NCBI RefSeq assembly: GCF_006345805.1
Contig: NW_021826119.1
Coordinates: forward strand, 1 to 13,460
Origin: Octopus sinensis
Taxonomy: Eukaryota
Direction: 5' to 3'
DNA: 13,460 nt
Positions 8,606 through 13,460 of the stretch are shown piece by piece (position 1 is the stretch's first letter; each line of letters begins with the position of its first letter). The position numbers and the translations under genes are program-made. Under the pieces are notes generated by a model. It made no database searches. It was not told the DNA's origin and saw only the letters and a program-made list of their open reading frames with translations.

Positions 8606-8974
8606 GGATCACAAACAGTATGCATGTATGTTTCTTATTTAATTGGAGTCCTATATACATTTACTCCGATTATATTCACTTGTACATATATATGGACCTA
8701 TTTTCTCATAAATATCTTAGTTGTATGAGCATATGCTTATAAAATATATACAAATGGTGCTAGAAAGGGAACAAGTTGTACGGAGAAAACTATAGAAGGA
8801 AAATAAGAGAATAGTATGTTTAGTATTCTAAATGAAGTCAACTTTTGTTAGTTCAATTCCAGTTCAAGTTGGACTTATTCATTTTTCTTTTCCTACGTCG
8901 AGATGTATGAGGGTGATTTGTCCCAAATATTTTTTGAAGCTCTTTTAATAATTAGTAACTAAGATTATGGATGT

Positions 8975-9100
8975 CAACAGAGATGGAATTTTGGATGAAA
9001 ACGAAATCGTGTAATTGCTATGTACTGATTTTTAAACTTGTGTGAGGTCGACTTTGAGTTTCATTATATCGAGGGCGATAATACAAGTACAACTCAAGAA
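8975..9100 (+). mobile_element. Highly diverged SINE family B-like remnant
   Basis: GAGGTCGACTTTGAGTTTCATTATATCGAGGGCGATAATACAAGTAC (about 9045-9091) aligns to the family B core; weaker head-like similarity upstream. Confidence 0.5.
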
Positions 9101-9551
9101 CCGCTGCTATATAAATCTGTTCATCCTTCCTGCACTATGTGAGGGTGTATCTATTTGTCAACGATAAAAAAAAATTAAACCAACGTTACTTTTTAACTGC
9201 ACATAATATCTTACCTGCATCTTTCCAAGTTTCAACCCAAAAGTATTTCAGAGTCCGATATTGCTATGGGGTTGTCAAATTAAGTGTCAATAACGCACCA
9301 GTTTCAAACTCACCCCACGTTGCAAACATTTCTAAAAGGTCTGTTGAAAATACGTCACACATTCTGGGATATTGCTGAACATGTTAGGCATTCAGATGTA
9401 TACATAACGAAATCGAAGCCATCAATGAGAGGCGACCAGTTGTCTGCGTGCTTTGGTGTACGCCGGGGCATAATTACTTTTTTGTGTTTGCGGGAGTCTG
9501 ACAGTTACCATAAAGTTGCTCCTTTTCACTCCACGGACACTGAATATTGCC

Positions 9552-9822
9552 CGCACTGGGGTCGATGTAATCGACATAATCCGTTCATCTGTCCTTGTTT
9601 GTCCCCTCTGTGTTTAGCCCCTGGTTGGTAGTAAAGAAATAGGTATTTCATCTGCCGTTACGTTCTGAGTTCAAATTCCGCCGAGGTCGACTTTGCCTTT
9701 CGTACTTTCGGGGTTGATAAATTAAGTACCAGTTACGCACTGGGATCGATGTAATCGACTTAATCCCTTTGTCTGTCCTTGTTTGTTCCCTCTGTGTTTA
9801 GCCCCTTGTGGGTAGGAAATAA
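9552..9822 (+). mobile_element. SINE family B tandem: 3' half-unit plus one full internal unit (184-bp period)
   Basis: CGCACTGGG at 9552 and 9736; junction AAAGAAATAGGTATTTCATC at about 9633-9652. Confidence 0.92.
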
Positions 9823-10899
9823 ATGAAAATTATTGAGTCAAAGAAGTATCTTTTTCTACCCCCTCGGCTGTCAAACATTGTCTTGCGGTGTCTGTTTTGT
9901 TCTTTTGTGTTTTGACTGAAATCAACTCTTTCGCCACAAAACTGCTACCAAACTCTAACGGTTCTTAAGCGGAGGATTCTGCCTTTGACATTATTCAGTA
10001 TCTGTGGAGTGAAAAACCAGCAACTTGCATGGTACCTGTCGGACTTCTACAAAACGCATATTATAATCTTGTACATGAAAAATACGCAATGCATACTGTA
10101 GACCCTGTTATGCATAAAAACAACAGGAACTGACCCGGCTGAGAGGCTTTTGATGATTTTCTAAATCACAGCTGGTCATCATCACCATGGTCTTCGCCGT
10201 CGTAGTCGTCGTTGTGGTGGTTGCCAGTTCTTTCGTCTTTATAATTATTTTAGGAATGACACTTGTCTGAGGTTCTGTATTGTGTTGATCATATATTATC
10301 TCAAGAATCTGTTCTTATATATATTATCTTTTCTTTTGTTAATATAAATGTTTACAGAATACGCTAAGATATTATATCCTTCAGCTAATGTGAGACTTAA
10401 AAATGACAGTTATTTTCGTGGGAAAAATCACAAATGAAATTATACGAGTAGTTATCATGAGGGCGACGCTCTTAAGTGTATGGAAACATTGTGTCCACAC
10501 ATACATCTACGTATACATTTATGTGTTAGCATGTGTGTGTAAATGCGTTTTATGTATATTGGTAAAACTGTATCATTTATATATATATTTGTCTGACCTT
10601 CTTCAGTTATAAGTGTCAAGTTTAAAGTAGGGAGATAACCGCTAAGAAAAAAATGACATGGTAGGTAATTATATGATATTTCTACTCCATTTTTGATAAC
10701 AGCCATCAACCCTTAGACAAAAGTACGTAAGTAAAATACCAGAAGCAGGACACAAGACTGAAAAAGGTTTGATACGGTACAAAAGAGTTAAGCTCGCCAG
10801 CTCTTATTCGTGTGTCATTTGTTAGAAGCTTAATCAATTACATTCGAAATATGTAGATTTAGGCGTCTAATATTGAAAGGAGTCAATGAGGTTATCTGA

Positions 10900-11522
10900 A
10901 GACGCATACTTATTTCTTTTACTACATACAAAGGGCTAAACATAGAAAGGACAAACAAGGAGAGACAAAAGTATTAGGTCGATTACATCGACCCCAGTGC
11001 GTAACTGGTACTTAATTTATCGACCTCCAGAGGATGAAAGGCAAAGTCGACCCCTGCGGAATTTGAACTCAGAACGTAACGGCAGACGAAATACTTATTT
11101 CTATTTCTTTACTACCCACAAGGGGCTAAACACAGAGAGGACAAACAAGGACAGACAAACGGATTAAGTCGATTACATCGACCCCAGTGAGTAACTGGTA
11201 CTTAATTTATCGACCCCGAAAGGATAAAAGGCAAAGTCGACCTCGGCGGAATTTGAACTCAGAACGTAATGGCAGACGAAATACCTATTTATATTTCTTT
11301 ACTACCCTCAAGGGGCTAAACACAGAGAGGACAAACAAGGACAGACAAACGGATTAAGTCGATTACATCTACCCCAGTGCGTAACTGGTACTTGATTTAT
11401 CGACCCCGAAAGGATGAAAGGCAAAGTCGACCTCGGCAGAATTTGAACTCAGAACGTAATGGCAGACGAAATACCGCTAAGCATTTCATCCGGCGTGCTA
11501 ACGTTTCTGCCAGCTCACCACC
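10900..11522 (-). mobile_element. SINE family B head-to-tail trimer: one 5' head plus three 190-bp internal units
   Basis: GATTACATC at 10981, 11171 and 11361; GGCAGACGAAATAC at 11081, 11271 and 11461. The head occurs once, at 11475-11522. Confidence 0.95.
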
Positions 11523-11684
11523 TTTGACTCAGTAATCTTAATGATTCTAGCTAAACATGCGGTATGGCAGGTGTGACTGAATTGTAGGAGGACTAAAACT
11601 TTGCTCTGTGGTAGAACCGTATCGACTTTTAAAAATTTTCCTTGAAAAAGAAGATTAGGGTGTTGAAAGAGGTACACTACATTT

Positions 11685-11985
11685 TTCCGGGATCGATAGC
11701 ATATAGTACCATTTGGTTAGTCCCGTCTAACATACTCCCTTGAAAACTGCTGGCTTTGTTCAAAAATTGATTGGTGAGCTGGCACAATTATTAGAAGTCA
11801 GAGAATTTGCTTTCCGCTGTTCATTCCGATATGTTATATTCTGGGTTCAAAACCCACCGACGCCAACGTCACCTTCCATCTCTCTTTAATAACATAAAAG
11901 TCACAGTAAACAAAATGAAACCCTATTAAAATACTGGGGTCATCGACTAAACTCCTCCTGTGACTTTGTACCTAAATCAAAATCA
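11685..11985 (+). mobile_element. Old, diverged family B-related SINE copies (tail at about 11685-11770, then a copy from 11773)
   Basis: GGTGAGCTGGCA (11773), TTCTGGGTTCAAAACCCACCGA, CCTTCCATC and ACTGGGGTCATCGACT are colinear with family B. Upstream CCGGGATCGATAGCATATAGTACC resembles the core. Confidence 0.6.
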
Positions 11986-12009
11986 AGGTGATGTATATAT
12001 TGTGGGTTT

Positions 12010-12240
12010 AGCGACGACGATGATGACAGCGACTGAGGTGGCAGAAATAATGATAATGGCGAACGCGAAAGAGGATGTTTTGAAATGGCGGATGAGAGAC
12101 TGAGTGTAAGTGGGAGGAGGTTATAAGCGAAGAGAAGAATGGGAATGACTATAAAGGCGATGGCGGCGGTGACTGTGGTGGTGGATGATACGGTTCTAAA
12201 GTGGATGCGTTGGTGATGGTGTTGGTGTTGGTGTTGTATA
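12010..12240. repeat. Degenerate (GAT/GGT/GAC)n low-complexity tract
   Basis: Scattered GATGAT, GGTGGT, GACGAC and GGTGTT triplet runs. Confidence 0.6.
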
Positions 12241-12624
12241 TAGTGTTGCTGAAAGGGGAGAATGGGTCAGACAACTTATGAACGGATGAAATACAGAGGC
12301 AATAGAGTAATGAAAGGAGAAGTGGTTACACATAAAACGCTATAAGGTCAGGTTTCAAGCCGGAACACTTCCTCTATCTTATATATTGCTATAAATATTA
12401 TGAGTGTGTGTGTGTATGTGTGTGTGCGTGTGTGTGTGTGTGTTTATAGTATGTGTATGTGTTTCTTTATTCATTCTACTTTGCCTTTAAATAGTAAGAT
12501 AAACGGCGAAAACAACCATCTGTGCCAGATAATTGGAGAGTGATAATTTCCGATTGTTTAACAACAATGTGACGACAGAGAGTAAAAGGAGACGAACAAC
12601 GAAGTCGACTCGCACAACAACAAA

Positions 12625-12658
<34 letters not shown>

Positions 12659-12719
12659 GTGGTGATGATGATGATGGTGGTGGTGGTGGTGGTGGTGGTT
12701 TTGGTGGTGGTGGTGGTGG

Positions 12720-12753
<34 letters not shown>

Positions 12754-12818
12754 GGTGGTGTGGTGGTGGTGATGATGATGATGGTGGTGGTGGTGGCGGC
12801 GGTGGTGGTGATGATGAG

Positions 12819-12851
<33 letters not shown>

Positions 12852-13407
12852 GATGATGATGATGATGGTGGTGGGGGGGTGATGATGATGATGATGATGA
12901 TGATGACGACGATGATGATGACGATATCGGCGACGATGACGACAAGGACGACGGCGTCGACGATTATTATGATCATGGTGATGAAGCCGTGAACGATGAG
13001 AACGGTAGGGGAGATGATGATGATGATGATGATGATGATGAAGGTGGTGGTGGTGATGATAGTGATGATGATGATGAATGTGGTGGTAGTGGTGATGGTG
13101 ATGAGGATGATTATGATGATGATGATGATAATGATGATGATGATGATGATGATAATGATGATGGTGGTGGTGATGATAGTGATGATGATTATGATGATAA
13201 TGATGATGATGAAGGTGGTAGTGATGATGATGATGATGATGATAGAGATGGCGATGATGATGAGGATGACGATATCGGCGACGACGACGACAACGATGAC
13301 GACAAGGACGACGGCGTCGACGAATATTATAATCATGATGATGAAGCCCTGAACGATGAGAACGATAATGGAGATGATGATGATGATGGTGACGATGATG
13401 ATGATGA
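12625..13407. repeat. Compound (GAT)n/(GGT)n trinucleotide array with an internally duplicated module of about 100 bp
   Basis: Directly visible; the module GATATCGGC...GGCGTCGAC...AACGATGAGAAC starts at 12923 and 13271. Explains all ORFs from 12476 to 13427. Confidence 0.95.
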
Positions 13408-13460
13408 AGTTGGACAATCCTTTCCAAAACAGGAAGAAAATCTAAAAAAAATGTTTGTGG

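Noticed and set aside
9968-10132. Protein-looking open stretch AEDSAFDIIQYLWSEKPATCMVPVGLLQNAYY...
   Set aside because: About 54 codons, no recognisable family motif and no clear splice boundaries.
4287-10837. Identical 14-mer AGAAGCTTAATCAA at 4287 and 10824
   Set aside because: A match this long is expected by chance in 13 kb of AT-rich DNA and does not extend.
10900-11522. CRISPR array or retrozyme interpretation of the 190-bp tandem
   Set aside because: Units are contiguous with no unique spacers, have tRNA-SINE features, and contain no CTGANGA core on either strand.
12476-13427. Long poly-His, poly-Ile, poly-Met and poly-Ser ORFs
   Set aside because: Alternative readings of the (GAT/GGT)n array.

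Overview
AT-rich, microsatellite-dense eukaryotic DNA with no supportable host gene. It is most likely intronic or intergenic octopus (coleoid cephalopod) sequence; this is an inference from recalled SINE families and repeat style, not a database result. The window is a stack of mobile-element fossils. (1) Two tRNA-derived SINE families: family A forms a tail-to-tail inverted pair at 467-1170, and family B occurs as a monomer, a 1.5-mer and a 190-bp head-to-tail trimer. (2) An internally deleted mariner (1676-2249) with both TIRs and TA target duplications, which keeps an open ORF for the DNA-binding domain only. (3) A heavily frameshifted transposase pseudogene at about 4600-5950, missed by the ORF track, whose motifs match the Chapaev3 (CMC) type. 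(4) Three decayed minimal hammerhead-ribozyme-like motifs of the kind carried by Penelope-like retroelements. Nearly all ORFs in the track are artefacts of microsatellites or SINEs. I found no clearly new functional system. The best leads are the hammerhead cluster, the Chapaev3 fossil, the fixed-junction SINE multimers, the DBD-only mariner and a 75-bp inverted insertion.
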